Below are positions 1 to 13,800 of a DNA stretch of 64,000 nucleotides, piece by piece (position 1 is the first letter of the stretch; each line of letters opens with the position of its first letter). Source of the DNA: Eledone cirrhosa. Its lineage: Eukaryota. Position numbers and translations under genes: made by a program. Location of the stretch: positions 26,846,001-26,910,000 of the forward strand of contig OZ024759.1 of the NCBI GenBank assembly GCA_964016885.1, in the 5' to 3' direction. Below the pieces are notes generated by a model. It was not told the DNA's origin and did no database searches. It saw nothing but the letters and a program-made list of their open reading frames with translations.

Positions 1-3000
1 GTAATGTTATCGACATATCTGCCCTTGGGACTAATAATTGTCATGTAATGTTATGGACATCTCTGCCCCTGTGGCTAATAATTCTGTCATGTAATGTTAT
101 GGACATCTCTGCCCCTGTGGCTAATAATTCTGTCATGTAATGTTATGGACATCTCTGCCCCTGTGGTTAATAATTCTGAGAGAGATAAAACAAGTGAGGG
201 ATTAGAGTGTTGAAACAAGAGAGAGAGAGGAAGAGAGAGAGAGAGCGAGATGAAATGAGACAGGGTGAGCGAGATGAAACGCGACAGTGAGAGAAGCGAT
301 ATGAAACGAGAGAGTGAGAGCGAGATGAAACGAGAGAGAGAGCGAGATGAAACGAGACAGAGAGAGCGAGATGTAATGAGAGAGAGAGAGAGAGAGCGGG
401 ATGGAACGAGACAGAGAGGAAACGAGAGAGAGAGGAAACGAGAGTGAGGAAACGAGAGTAGAGAGCGAGATGAAACAGGAGAGAGAGAGCGAGATGAAAC
501 GAGAGGGAGAGAGAGATGAAACGAGGGAGATAGAGATGAAACGAGAGAGAGGAAGAGAGAGATGGAACGAGAGAGAGGAAGACAGAGATGAAACGAGAGA
601 GAGAGAGAGATGAAACGAGAGAGAGAGAGCGCGAGATGAAACGAGAGAAAGAGAGCGCGAGATGAAACGACAGAGAGAGAGAGAGATGAAAGGAGGGAGA
701 TAGAGATGAAACGAGAGAGAGGAAGAGAGAGATGGAACGAGCGAGAGGAAGAGAGAGATGGAACGAGAGAGAGGAAGACAGAGATGAAACGAGAGAGAGC
801 GAGATGAAACGAGAGAGAGAGAGAGAGCGAGATGAAACGAGAGAGAGGAAGAGAGAGAGCGCCAGATGAAACTCTGTCATGTAATGTTATGGACATATCT
901 GCCCTTGGGGCTAATAATTGTCATGTAATGTTATGGACATCTCTGCCCCTGTGGCTAATAATTCTGTCATGTAATGTTATGGACATCTCTGCCCCTGTGG
1001 CTAATAATTCTTTCATGTAATGTTATGGACATCTCGGCCCCTGTGGCTAATAATTCTGACATGTAATGTTATGGACATCTCTGCCCCTGTGGCTAATAAT
1101 TCTGACATGTAATGTTATGGACATCTCTGCCCCTGTGGCTAATAATTCTGTCATGTAATGTTATGGACATCTCTGCCCCTGTGGCTAATAATTCTGCCAT
1201 GTAATGTTATGGACATCTCTGCCCCTGTGGCTAATAATTCTGCCATGTAATGTTATGGACATCTCTGCCCCTGTGGCTAATAATTCTGACATGTAATGTT
1301 ATGGACATCTCTGCCCCTGTGGCTAATAATTCTGAGAGAGATGAAACAAGTGAGGGATTAGAGAGAGATAAAACAAGTGAGGGATTAGAGTGTTGAAACA
1401 AGAGAGAGAGAGGAAGAGAGATAGAGAGCGAGATGAAATGAGACAGGGAGAGCGAGATGAAACACGACAGTGAGAGAAGCGAGATGAAACGAGAGAGTGA
1501 GAGCGAGATGAAACGAGAGAGAGAGAGAGCGAGATGAAACGAGACAGAGAGAGCGAGATGTAATGAGAGAGAGAGAGAGCGGGATGGAACGAGACAGAGA
1601 GGAAACGAGAGAGAGGAAACGAGAGTAGAGAGCGAGATGAAACGAGAGGGAGAGAGAGATGAAACGAGAGAGCGAGAGAGAGATGAAACGAGGGAGATAG
1701 AGATGAAACGAGAGAGAGAAAGAGAGAGATGGAACGAGAGAGAGGAAGAAAGAGATGAAACGAGAGAGAGAGAGAGCGAGATGAAACGAGAGAGAGAGAG
1801 CGCGAGATGAAACGAGAGAGAGAGAGCGCGAGATGAAACGAGAGAGAGAGAGCGCGAGATGAAACGATAGAGAGAGAGACAGATAAAAGGAGGGAGATAG
1901 AGATGAAACGAGAGAGAGGAAGATAGAGATGGAACGAGAGAGAGCAAGAGAGAGATGGAACGAGAGAGAGGAAGACAGAGATGAAACGAGAGAGAGAGAG
2001 AGCGAGATGAAACTCTGTCATGTAATGTTATGGACATATCTGCCCTTGGGGCTAATAATTGTCATGTAATGTTATGGACATCTCTGCCCTGTGGCTAATA
2101 ATTCTGACATGTAATGTTATGGACATCTCTGCCCCTGTGGCTAATAATTCTAAGAGAGATGAAACAAGTGAGGGATTAGAGAGAGATAAAAAAGTGAGGG
2201 ATTAGAGTGTTGAAACAAGAGAGAGAGAGGAAGAGAGAGAGAGAGAGCGAGATGAAATGAGACAGGGAGAGCGAGATGAAACGAGACAGAGAGGAAACGA
2301 GAGAGAGGAGACGAGAGTAGAGAGCGAGATGAAACAGAAGAGAGAGAGCGAGATGAAACGAGAGGGAGAGAGAGATGAAACGAGTGAGCGAGAGAGAGAT
2401 GAAACGAGGGAGATAGAGATGAAACGAGAGAGAGGAAGAGAGAGATGGAACGAGAGAGAGGAAGAGAGAGAGGAAGACAGAGATGAAACGAGAGAGAGAG
2501 AGAGCGAGATGAAATGAGAGAGAGAGTGCGCGAGATGAAACGAGAGAGAGAGAGAGCGCGAGATGAAACGACAGAGAGAGAGACAGATGAAAGGAGGGAG
2601 ATAAAGATGAAACGAGAGAGAGGAAGAGAGAGATGAAACGAGAGAGAGAGCGAGAGGAAACGAGAGAGAGAGAGCGCAAGATGAAACGAGAGAGAGAGAG
2701 CGCGAGATGAAACTCTGTCATGTAATGTTATGGACATATCTGCCTCTGTGGCTAATAATTGTCATGTAATGTTATGGTCATCTCTGCCCCTGTGGCTAAT
2801 AATTCTGTCATGTAATGTTATGGACATCTCTGCCCCTGTGGTTAATAATTCTGACATGTAATGTTATGGTCATCTCTGCGCCTGTGGCTAATAATTCTGA
2901 GAGAGATGAAACAAGTGAGGGATTAGAGTGTTGAAACAAGAGAGAGAGAGCGAGATGAAATGAGAGAGTGTGAGCGAGATGAAACGAGACAGGGAGAGCG

Positions 3001-6000
3001 AGATGAAACGAGAGAGTGAGAGCGAGATGAAACGAGAGAGTGAGAGCGAGATGAAATGAGAGAGAGAGAGCGAGATGAAATGAGAGAGAGAGAGCGAGAT
3101 GAAATGAGAGAGAGAGAGCGAGATGAAACGAGACAGAGAGAGAACGAGATGAAACGAGAGAGTGAGAGCGAGATGAAACGAGAGAGAGAGAGCGAGATGA
3201 AACGGGAGGGAGAGAGAGATGAAACGAGAGAGAGTGGAAACGAGAGTAGAGAGCGAGATGAAACAGGAGAGAGAGAGAGCGAGATGAAACAGGAGAGAGA
3301 GAGCGAGATGAAACGAGAGGGAGAGAGAGATGAAACGAGAGAGCGAGAGAGAGATGAAACGAGGGAGATATAGATGAAACGAGAGAGAGGAAGAGAGAGA
3401 TGGAACTAGAGAGAGGAAGACAGAGATGGAACGAGAGAGAGGAAGACAGAGATGAAACGAGAGAGAGAGAGAGCGAGATGAAACAGGAGAGAGAGAGCGA
3501 GATGAAACGAGAGGGAGAGAGAGATGAAACGAGAGAGCGAGAGAGAGATGAAACAAGGGAGATAGAGATGAAACGAGAGAGAGGAAGAGAGAGATGGAAC
3601 GAGAGAGAGGAAGAGAGAGATGGAACGAGAGAGAGGAAGACAGAGATGAAACGAGAGAGCGAGATGAAACGAGAGAGAGAGAGAGCGAGAAGAAACGAGA
3701 GAGAGGAAGAGAGAGAGCGCCAGATGAAACTCTGTCATGTAATGTTATGGACATATCTGCCCTTGGGGCTAATAACTGTCATGTAATGTTATGGACATCT
3801 CTGCCCCTGTGGCTAATAACTCTGACATGTAATGTTATGGACATCTCTGCCCCTGTGGCTAATAATTCTGAGAGAGATGAAACAAGTGAGGGATTAGAGA
3901 GAGATAAAACAAGTGAGGGATTAGAGTGTTGAAACAAGAGAGAGAGAGAGCGAGATGAAACGCGATAGTGAGAGAAGCGAGATGAAACGAGAGAGTGAGA
4001 GCGAGATGAAACGAGAGAGAGAGAGAGCGAGATGAAACGAGACAGAGAGAGCGAGATGTAATGAGAGAGAGAGAGCGAGCGGGATGGAACGAGACAGAGA
4101 GGAAACGAGAGTAGAGAGCGAGATGAAACGAGAGGGAGAGAGAGATGAAACGAGAGAGCGAGAGAGAGATGAAACGAGGGAGATAGAGATGAAATGAGAG
4201 AGAGGAAGAGAGAGATGGAACGAGAGAGAGGAAGACAGAGATGAAACGAGAGAGAGAGAGAGCGAGATGAAACGAGACAGAGAGAGCGCGAGATGAAACG
4301 AGAGAGAGAGAGCACGAGATGAAACGACAGAGAGAGAGACAGATGAAAGGAGGGAGATAGAGATAAAACGAGAGAGAGGATGAGAGAGATGGAACGAGAG
4401 AGAGGAAGAGAGAGATGGAACGAGAGAGAGGAAGACAGAGATGAAACGAGAGAGAGAGAGAGCAAGATGAAACGAGAGAGAGAGAGCGCGAGATGAAACT
4501 CTATCATGTAATGTTATTGATATATCTGCCCCTGTGGCTAATAATTGTCATGTAATGTTATGGTCATCTCTGCCCCTGTGGCTAATAATTCTGTCATGTA
4601 ATGTTATGGACGTCTCCGCCCCTGTGGCTAATAACTCTGACATGTAATGTTATGGACATCTCTGCCCTGTGGCTAATAATTCTGACATGTAATGTTATGG
4701 ACATCTCTGCCCCTGTGGCTAATAATTCTGAGAGAGATGAAACAAGTGAGGGATTAGAGAGAGATAAAACAAGTGAGGGATTAGAGTGTTGAAACAGGAG
4801 AGAGAGAGCGAGATGAAACGCGATAGTGAGAGAGGCGAGATGAAACGAGAGAGTGAGAGCGAGATGAAACGGGACAGAGAGAGCGAGATGTAATGAGAGA
4901 GAGAGAGAGCGGGATGGAACGAGACAGAGAGGAACGAGAGTAGAGAGCGAGATGAAACGAGAGGGAGAGAGAGATGAAACGAGAGAGCGAGAGAGAGATG
5001 AAACGAGGGAGATAGAGATGAAACGAGAGAGAGGAAGAGAGAGATGGAACGAGAGAGAGGAAGACAGAGATGAAACGAGAGAGAGAGAGAGCGAGATGAA
5101 ACGAGAGAGAGAGAGCGCAAGATGAAACGAGAGAGAGAGAGCGCGAGATGAAACGACAGAGAGAGAGACAGATGAAAGGAGGGAGATAGAGATGAAACGA
5201 GGGAGAGGAAGAGAGAGATGGAACGAGAGAGAGGAAGACAGAGATGAAACGAGAGAGAGAGCGAGATGAAACGAGAGAGAGGAAGAGAGAGAGCGCGAGA
5301 TGAAACTCTCTCATGTAATGTTATCGACATATCTGCCCTTGGGGCTAATAATTGTCATGTAATGTTATGGACATCTCTGCCCCTATGGCTAATAATTCTA
5401 TCATGTAATGTTATGGACATCTCTGCCCCTGTGGCTAATAATTCTGTCATGTAATGTTATGGACATCTCTGCCCCTGTGGCTAATAATTCTGCCATGTAA
5501 TGTTATGGACATCTCTGCCCCTGTGGCTAATAATTCTGCCATGTAATGTTATGGACATCTCTGCCCTGTGGCTAATAATTCTGACATGTAATGTTATGGA
5601 CATCTCTGCCCCTGTGGCTAATAATTCTGAGAGAGATGAACCAAGTGAGGGATTAGAGAGAGATAAAACAAGTGAGGGATTAGAGTGTTGAAACAAGAGA
5701 GAGAGAGGAAGAGAGAGAGAGAGCGAGATGAAACAAGAGAGTGAGAGAAGCGAGATGAAACGAGAGAGTGAGAGCAAGATCAAACGAGAAAGAGAGAGAG
5801 CGAGATGAAACGAGACAGAGAGGAAACGAGAGAGAGAGGAAATGAGAGAGAGGAAACGAGAGTAGAGAGCGAGATGAAACAGGAGAGAGAGAGCGAGAAG
5901 AAACGAGCGGGAGAGAGAGATGAAACGAGAGAGCGAGAGAGAGATGAAACGAGGGAGATAGAGATGAAACGAGAGAGAGGAAGAGAGAGATGGAACGAGA

Positions 6001-7803
6001 GAGAGGAAGACAGAGATGAAACGAGAGAGAGAGAGAGATAAAACGAGACAGAGAGAGCGCGAGATGAAACGAGAGAGAGAGAGCGCGAGATGAAACGACA
6101 GAGAGAGAGACAGATGAAAGGAGGGAGATAGAGATGAAACGAGAGAGAGGATGAGAGAGATGGAACGAGAGAGAGGAAGAGAGAGATGGAACGAGAGAGA
6201 GGAAGACAGAGATGAAACGAGAGAGAGAGCAAGATGAAACGAGAGAGAGAGAGCGCAAGATGAAACGAGAGAGAGAGAGCGCGAGATGAAACTCTGTCAT
6301 GTAATGTTATTGACATATCTGTCCCTGTGGCTAATAATTGTCATGTAATGTTATGGTCATCTCTGCCCCTGTGGCTAATAATTCTGTCATGTAATGTTAT
6401 GGACATCTCTGCCCTTGTGGCTAATAATTCTGAGATATATTAAACAAGTGAGGGATTAGAGTGTTGAAACAAGAGAGAGAGAGCGAGAAAAAATGAGAGA
6501 GTGAGAGCGGGATGAAACGAGAGAGGGAGAGCGAGATGAAACGAGAGAGAGAGAGCTAGATGAAATGAGAGAGAGAGAGCGAGATGAAACGGGAGGGAGA
6601 GAGAGATGAAACGAGAGAGAGAGGAAACGAGAGTAGAGAGCGAGATGAAACAAGAGAGAGAGCGAGATGAAACAGGAGAGAGAGAGCGAGATGAAACGAG
6701 AGGGAGAGAGAGATGAAACGAGAGAGCGAGAGAGAGATGAAACAAAGGAGATAGAGATGAAACGAGAGAGAGGAAGAGAGAGATGGAACGAGAGAGAGGA
6801 AGAGAGAGATGGCACGAGAGAGAGGAAGACAGAGATGAAACGAGAGAGAGAGAGCGAGATGAAACGAGAGAGAGAGAGCGCGACATGAAACGAGAGAGAG
6901 AGAGCGTTAGATGAAACGACAGAGAGCGAGACAGATGAAAGAAGGGAGATAGAGATGAAACGGGAGAGAGGAAGAGAGAGATGGAACGAGAGAGAGGAAG
7001 AGAGAGATGGAACGAGAGAGAGGAAGACAGGGATGAAACGAGAGAGAGAGAGAGCGAGATGAAACGAGAGAGAGAGAGCGCAAGATGAAACGAGAGAGAG
7101 AGCGCGGGAGATGAAACGACAGAGAGAGAGACAGATGAAAGGAGGGAGATAGAGATGAAACGAGAGAGAGGATGAGAGAGATGGAACGAGAGAGAGGAAG
7201 AGTGAGATGGAACGAGAGAGAGAGAGAGCAAGATGAAACGAGAGAGAGAGAGAGAGAGAGAGCGCAAGATGAAACGAGAGAGAGAGAGCGCGAGATGAAA
7301 CGACAGAGAGAGAGACAGATGAAAGAACGGAGATAGAGATGAAACGAGAGAGAGGAGGAAAGAGATGGAACGAGAGAGAGGAAGAGAGAGATGGAACGAG
7401 AGAGAGGAAGACAGAGATGAAACGAGAGAGAGAGAGAGCGAGATGAAACGAGAGAGAGGAAGACAGAGATGAAACGAGAGAGAGGGAGAGCGAGATGAAA
7501 CGAGAGAGAGAGCGCGCAAGATGAAACTCTGTCATGTAATGTTATTGACATATCTGCCCCTGTGGCTAATAATTGTCATGTAATGTTATGGTCATCTCTG
7601 CCCCTGTGGCTAATAATTCTGTCATGTAATGTTATGGACATCTCTGCCCCTGTGGCTAATAATTCTGACATGTAATGTTATGGACATCTCTGCCCTTGTG
7701 GCTAATAAATCTGACATGTAATGTTATGGAAATCTCTGCCCCTGTGGCTAATAATTCTGTCATGTAATGTTATGGAAATCTCTGCCCCTGTGGCTAATAA
7801 ATC
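1..7803 (+). repeat. Higher-order satellite, left arm: 46-bp monomer clusters alternating with 8 GA-rich blocks
   Basis: Monomer ctgtcatgtaatgttatggacatctctgcccctgtggctaataatt (period 46, e.g. 61 to 107). GA blocks at about 178-873, 1334-2014, 2151-2714, 2899-3731, 3870-4500, 4730-5307, 5629-6293 and 6432-7528, built of gatgaaac(ga)n. Confidence 0.97.
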
Positions 7804-7804
7804 A

Positions 7805-10800
7805 GAATTATTAGCCACAGGGGCAGAGATGTCCATAACATTACATGTCAGAATTATTAGCCACAGGGGCAGAGATGTCCATAACATTACATGACAGATT
7901 TATTAGCCACAGGGGCAGAGATGTCCATAACATTACATGCCAGAATTATTAGCCACAGGGGCAGAGATGTCCATAACATTACATGACAGATTTATTAGCC
8001 ACAGGGGCAGAGATGTCCATAACATTACATGTCAGATTTATTAGCCACAGGGGCAGAGATGTCCATAACATTACATGTCAAAATTATTAGCCACAGGGGC
8101 AGAGATGTCCATAACATTACATGACAGATTTATTAGCCACAGGGGCAGAGATGTCCATAACATTACATGACAGAATTATTAGCCACAGGGGCAGAGATGT
8201 CCATAACATTACATGACAGAATTATTAGCCACAGGGGCAGAGATTTCCATAACATTACATGACAATTATTAGCCCCAAGGGCAGATATGTCCATAACATT
8301 ACATGACAGACTTTCATCTCGCGCTCTCTCTCTCTCGTTTCATCTCACGCTCTCTCTCTTCCTCTCTCTCGTTTCATCTTGCTCTCTCTCTCTCTCGTTT
8401 CATCTCGCGTTCTCTCTCTTCCTCTCTCTCGTTTCATCTCGCTCTCTCTCTCGTTTCATCTCTGTCTTCCTCTCTCTCGTTCCATCTCTCTCTTCCTCTC
8501 TCTCGTTCCATCTCTCTCTTCCTCTCTCTCGTTTCATCTCTCTCTCTCGTTTCATCTGTCTCTCTCTCTGTCGTTTCATCTCCCTCTATCTCTCTCTCGC
8601 TCTCTCGTTTCATCTCTCTCTCCCTCTCGTTTCATCTCGCTCTCTCTCTCCTGTTTCATCTCGCTCTCTCTCTCCTGTTTCATCTCGCTCTCTACTCTCG
8701 TTTCCTCTCTCTCGTATCCTCTCTCTCGTTACCTCTCTCTCTCGTTTCCTCTCTCTCTCGTTTCCTCTAGCTCTCACTCTCTCGTTTCATCTAGCTCTCT
8801 CTCTCTCATTTCATCTCGCTCTCTCTCTCTCGTTTCATCTCGCTCTAATCTGTCTCGTTTCATTTCGCTCTCTCTCTCTCTCGTTTCATTTCGCTCTCTC
8901 TGTCTCGTTTCATCTCGCTCTCTCTCTCTCATTTCAACTCGCTCTCTCTCTCTCATTTCATCTCGCTCTCTCTCTCTCGTTTCATATCGCTCTCACTCTC
9001 TCATTTCATCTCGCTCTCTCTCTCTCGTTTGATCTCGCTCTCACTCTCTCTTCCTCTCTCTCTCTTGTTTCAACACTCTAATCCCTCACTTGTTTCATCT
9101 CTCTCTTATCCCTCACTTGTTTCATCTCTCTCAGAATTATTAGCCACAGGGGCAGAGATATCCATAACATTACATGTCAGAATTATTAGCCACAGGGGCA
9201 GAGATGTCCATAACATTACATAACAGATTTATTAGCCACAGGGGCGGAGATGTCCATAACATTACATGACGAATTTATTAGCCACAGGGGCAGAGATGTC
9301 CATAACATTACATGACAGAATTATTAGCCACAGAGGCAGAGATGTCCATAACATTACATGACAGAATTATTTGCCACAGGGGCAGAGATGTACATAACAT
9401 TACATGACAATTATTAGCCCCAAGGGCAGATATGTCCATAACATTACATGACAATTATTAGCCCCAAGGGCAGATATGTCCATAACATTACATGACAGAC
9501 TTTCATCTCGCGCTCTCTCTCTTCCTCTCTCTCGTTTCATCTCGCTCTCTCTCTCTCGTTTCATCTCGCTCTCTTTCTCTCTCGTTTCATCTCGCGCTCT
9601 CTCTCTTCCTCTCTCTCGTTTCATCTCGCTCTCTCTCTCGTTTCATATCTGTCTTCCTCTCTTTCGTTCCATCTCTCTATTCCTCTCTCTCTCGTTTCAT
9701 CTAGCTATCACTCTCTCGTTTCATCTCCCTCTATCTCTCTCTCGCTCTCTCGTTTCATCTCTCCCTCCCTCTCATTTCATCTCGCTCTCTCTCTCCGGTT
9801 TCATCTCGCTCTCTCTCTCTCCTGTTTCATCTTGCTCTCTACTCTCGTTTCCTCTCTCTCGTTTCCTCTCTCTCGTTTCCTCTATCTCTCGTTTCCTCTC
9901 TCTCTCGTTTCATCTAGCTCTCACTCTCTCGTTTCATCTCGCTCTCTCTGACTCGTTCCATCTCGCTCTCACTCTCTCGTTTCATCTCGCTCTCTCTCTC
10001 TCATTTCATCTCGCTCTCTCTCTCTCATTTCATCTCGATCTCTCTGTCTCGTTTCATCCCGCTCTCTCTGTCTCGTTTCATCTCGCTCTCTCTCTCTCAT
10101 TTCATCTCGCTCTCTCTCTCTCATTTCATCTCGCTCTCTCTCTCTCTCTCGTTTCATCTCACTCTCAATCTCTCATTTCATCTCGCTCTCTCTCTCTCAT
10201 TTCATCTCGCGCTCTCTCTCTTCCTCTCTCTCGTTTCATCTCGCGCTCTCTCTCTTCCTCTCTCTCGTTTCATCTCGCTCTCTCTCTCTCGTTTCATCTT
10301 GCGCTCTCTCTCTTCCTCTCTCTCGTTTCATCTCGCGCTCTCTCTCTTCCTCTCTCTCGTTTCATCTTGCTCTCTCCCTCTCTCGTTTCATCTCGCGTTC
10401 TCTCTCTTCCTCTCTCTCGTTTCATCTCTGTCTTCCTCTCTCTCGTTCCATCTCTCTCTTCCTCTCTCTCGTTCCATCTCTCTCTTCCTCTCTCTCGTTT
10501 CATCTCTCTCTCTCGTTTCATCTCTATCTCCCTCGTTTCATCTGTCTCTCTCTCTGTCGTTTCATCTCCCTCTATCTCTCTCTCGCTCTCTCGTTTCATC
10601 TCTCTCTCCCTCTCGTTTCATCTCACTCTCTCTCTCCTGTTTCATCTCGCTCTCTCTCTCCTGTTTCATCTCGCTCTCTACTCTCGTTTCCTCTCTCTCG
10701 TATCCTCTCTCTCGTTTCCTCTCTCTCTCGTTTCCTCTCTCTCTCGTTTCCTCTAGCTCTCACTCTCTCGTTTCATCTCGCTCTCTCTCTCTCATTTCAT

Positions 10801-13800
10801 CTCGCTCTCTCTCTCTCGTTTCATATCGCTCTAATCTGTCTCGTTTCATTTCGCTCTCTCTCTCTCTCTCTCTCGTTTCATTTCGCTCTCTCTGTCTCGT
10901 TTCATCTCGCTCTCTCTCTCTCATTTCAACTCGCTCTCTCTCTCTCATTTCATCTCGCTCTCTCTCTCTCGTTTCATATCGCTCTCACTCTCTCATTTCA
11001 TCTCGCTCTCTCTCTCTCGTTTGATCTCGCTCTCACTCTCTCTTCCTCTCTCTCTCTTGTTTCAACACTCTAATCCCTCACTTGTTTCATCTCTCTCTTA
11101 TCCCTCACTTGTTTCATCTCTCTCAGAATTATTAGCCACAGGGGCAGAGATATCCATAACATTACATGTCAGAATTATTAGCCACAGGGGCAGAGATGTC
11201 CATAACATTACATGACAGATTTATTAGCCACAGGGGCGGAGATGTCCATAACATTACATGACGAATTTATTAGCCACAGGGGCAGAGATGTCCATAACAT
11301 TACATGACAGAATTATTAGCCACAGGGGCAGAGATGTCCATAACATTACATGACAGAATTATTTGCCACAGGGGCAGAGATGTACATAACATTACATGAC
11401 AATTATTAGCCCCAAGGGCAGATATGTCCATAACATTACATGACAATTATTAGCCCCAAGGGCAGATATGTCCATAACATTACATGACAGACTTTCATCT
11501 CGCGCTCTCTCTCTTCCTCTCTCTCGTTTCATCTCGCTCTCTCTCTCTCGTTTCATCTCGCTCTCTCTCTCTCTCGTTTCATCTCGCGCTCTCTCTCTTC
11601 CTCTCTCTCGTTTCATCTCGCTCTCTCTCTCTCTCGTTTCATATCTCTCTTCCTCTCTCTCGTTCCATCTCTCTATTCCTCTCTCTCTCGTTTCATCTAG
11701 CTATCACTCTCTCGTTTCATCTCCCTCTATCTCTCTCTCGCTCTCACGTTTCATCTCTCCCTCCCTCTCATTTCATCTCGCTCTCTCTCTCCGGTTTCAT
11801 CTCGCTCTCTCTCTCTCCTGTTTCATCTTGCTCTCTACTCTCGTTTCCTCTCTCTTGTTTCCTCTCTCTCGTTTCCTCTCTCTCTCGTTTCCTCTCTCTC
11901 TCGTTTCATCTAGCTCTCACTCTCTCGTTTCATCTCGCTCTCTCTGACTCGTTCCATCTCGCTCTCACTCTCTCGTTTCATCTCGCTCTCTCTCTCTCAT
12001 TTCATCTCGCTCTCTCTCATTTCATCTCGATCTCTCTGTCTCGTTTCATCCCGCTCTCTCTGTCTCGTTTCATCTCGCTCTCTCTCTCTCATTTCATCTC
12101 GCTCTCTCTCTCTCTCATTTCATCTCGCTCTCTCTCTCTCTCTCGTTTCATCTCACTCTCAATCTCTCATTTCATCTCGCTCTCTCTCTCTCATTTCATC
12201 TCGCGCTCTCTCTCTTCCTCTCTCTCGTTTCATCTCGCGCTCTCTCTCTTCCTCTCTCTCGTTTCATCTCGCTCTCTCTCTCTCGTTTCATCTTGCGCTC
12301 TCTCTCTTCCTCTCTCTCGTTTCATCTCGCTCTCTCTCTCTCATTTCATCTCGATCTCTCTGTCTCGTTTCATCCCGCTCTCTCTGTCTCGTTTCATCTC
12401 GCTCTCTCTCTCTCATTTCATCTCGCTCTCTCTCTCTCATTTCATCTCGCGCTCTCTCTCTTCCTCTCTCTCGTTTCATCTCGCGCTCTCTCTCTTCCTC
12501 TCTCTCGTTTCATCTCGCTCTCTCTCTCTCTCTCGTTTCATCTTGCGCTCTCTCTCTTCCTCTCTCTCGTTTCATCTCGATCTCTCTCTGTCTCGTTTCA
12601 TCTCTGTCTTCCTCTCGCTCGTTCCATCTCTCTCTTCCTCTCTGTCGTTCCATCTCTCTCTTCCTCTCTCTCGTTTCATCTCTCTCTCTCGTTTCATCTC
12701 TGTCTTCCTCTCTCTCGTTCCATCTCCCTCTTCCTCTCTCTCGTTCCATCTCTCTCTTCCTCTCTCTCGTTTCATCTCTCTCTCTCGTTTCATCTCTATC
12801 TCCCGCGTTTCTACTGTCTCTCTCTCTGTCGTTTCATCTCCCTCTATCTCTCTCTCGCTCTCTCGTTTCATCTCTCTCTCCCTCTCGTTTCATCTCGCTC
12901 TCTCTCTCCTGTTTCATCTCGCTCTCTCTCTCCTGTTTCATCTCGCTCTCTACTCTCGTTTCCTCTCTCTCGTTTCCTCTCTCTCGTTTCCTCTCTCTCT
13001 CGTTTCATCTAGCTCTCCCACTCTCGTTTCATCTCGCTCTCTCTGTCTCGTTCCATCTCGCTCTCACTCTCTCGTTTCATCTCGCTCTCTCTCTCTCATT
13101 TCATCTCGCTCTCTCTCTCTCATTTCATCTCGCTCGCTCTCTCTCTCTCGTTTCATCTCGCTCTCTCTGTCTCGTTTCATCTCGCTCTCGCTCTCTCTGT
13201 CTCGTTTCATCCCGCTCTCTCTCTCTCATTTCATCTCGCTCTCTCTCTCTCATTTCATCTCGCTCTCTCTCTCTCTCTCGTTTCATCTCGCTCTCACTCT
13301 CTCATTTCATCTCGCTCTCTCTCGTTTGATTTCGCTCTCTCTCTTCCTCTCTCTCTCTCTTGTTTCAACACTCTAATCCCTCACTTGTTTCATCTCTCTC
13401 AGAATTATTAGCCACAGGGGCAGAGATGTCCATAACATTACATGTCAGAATTATTAGCCACAGGGGCAGAGATGTCCATAACATTACATGACAGATTTAT
13501 TAGCCACAGGGGCAGAGATGTCCATAACATTACATGACGAATTTATTAGCCACAGGGGCAGAGATGTCCATAACATTACATGTCAGAATTATTAGCTACA
13601 GGGGCAGAGATGTCCATAACATTACATGTCAGAATTATTAGCCACAGGGGCAGAGATGTCCATATCATTACATGACAGATTTATTAGCCACAGGGGCAGA
13701 GATGTCCGTAACATTAAATGACAGATTTATTAGCCACAGGGGCAGAGATTCCATAAGATTACATGTCAGAATTATTAGCCACAGGGGCAGAGATTTCCAT

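Noticed and set aside
64-90. 46-mer as a multiplied Helitron 3' terminus (gcccctgtggc hairpin followed by CTRR)
   Set aside because: The stem is only 3-4 bp, CTRR is not constant, and the orientation does not fit the adjacent Helitron.
194-210. gagggattagag as a telomeric repeat
   Set aside because: Only loose resemblance to TTAGGG, and it never occurs in tandem.
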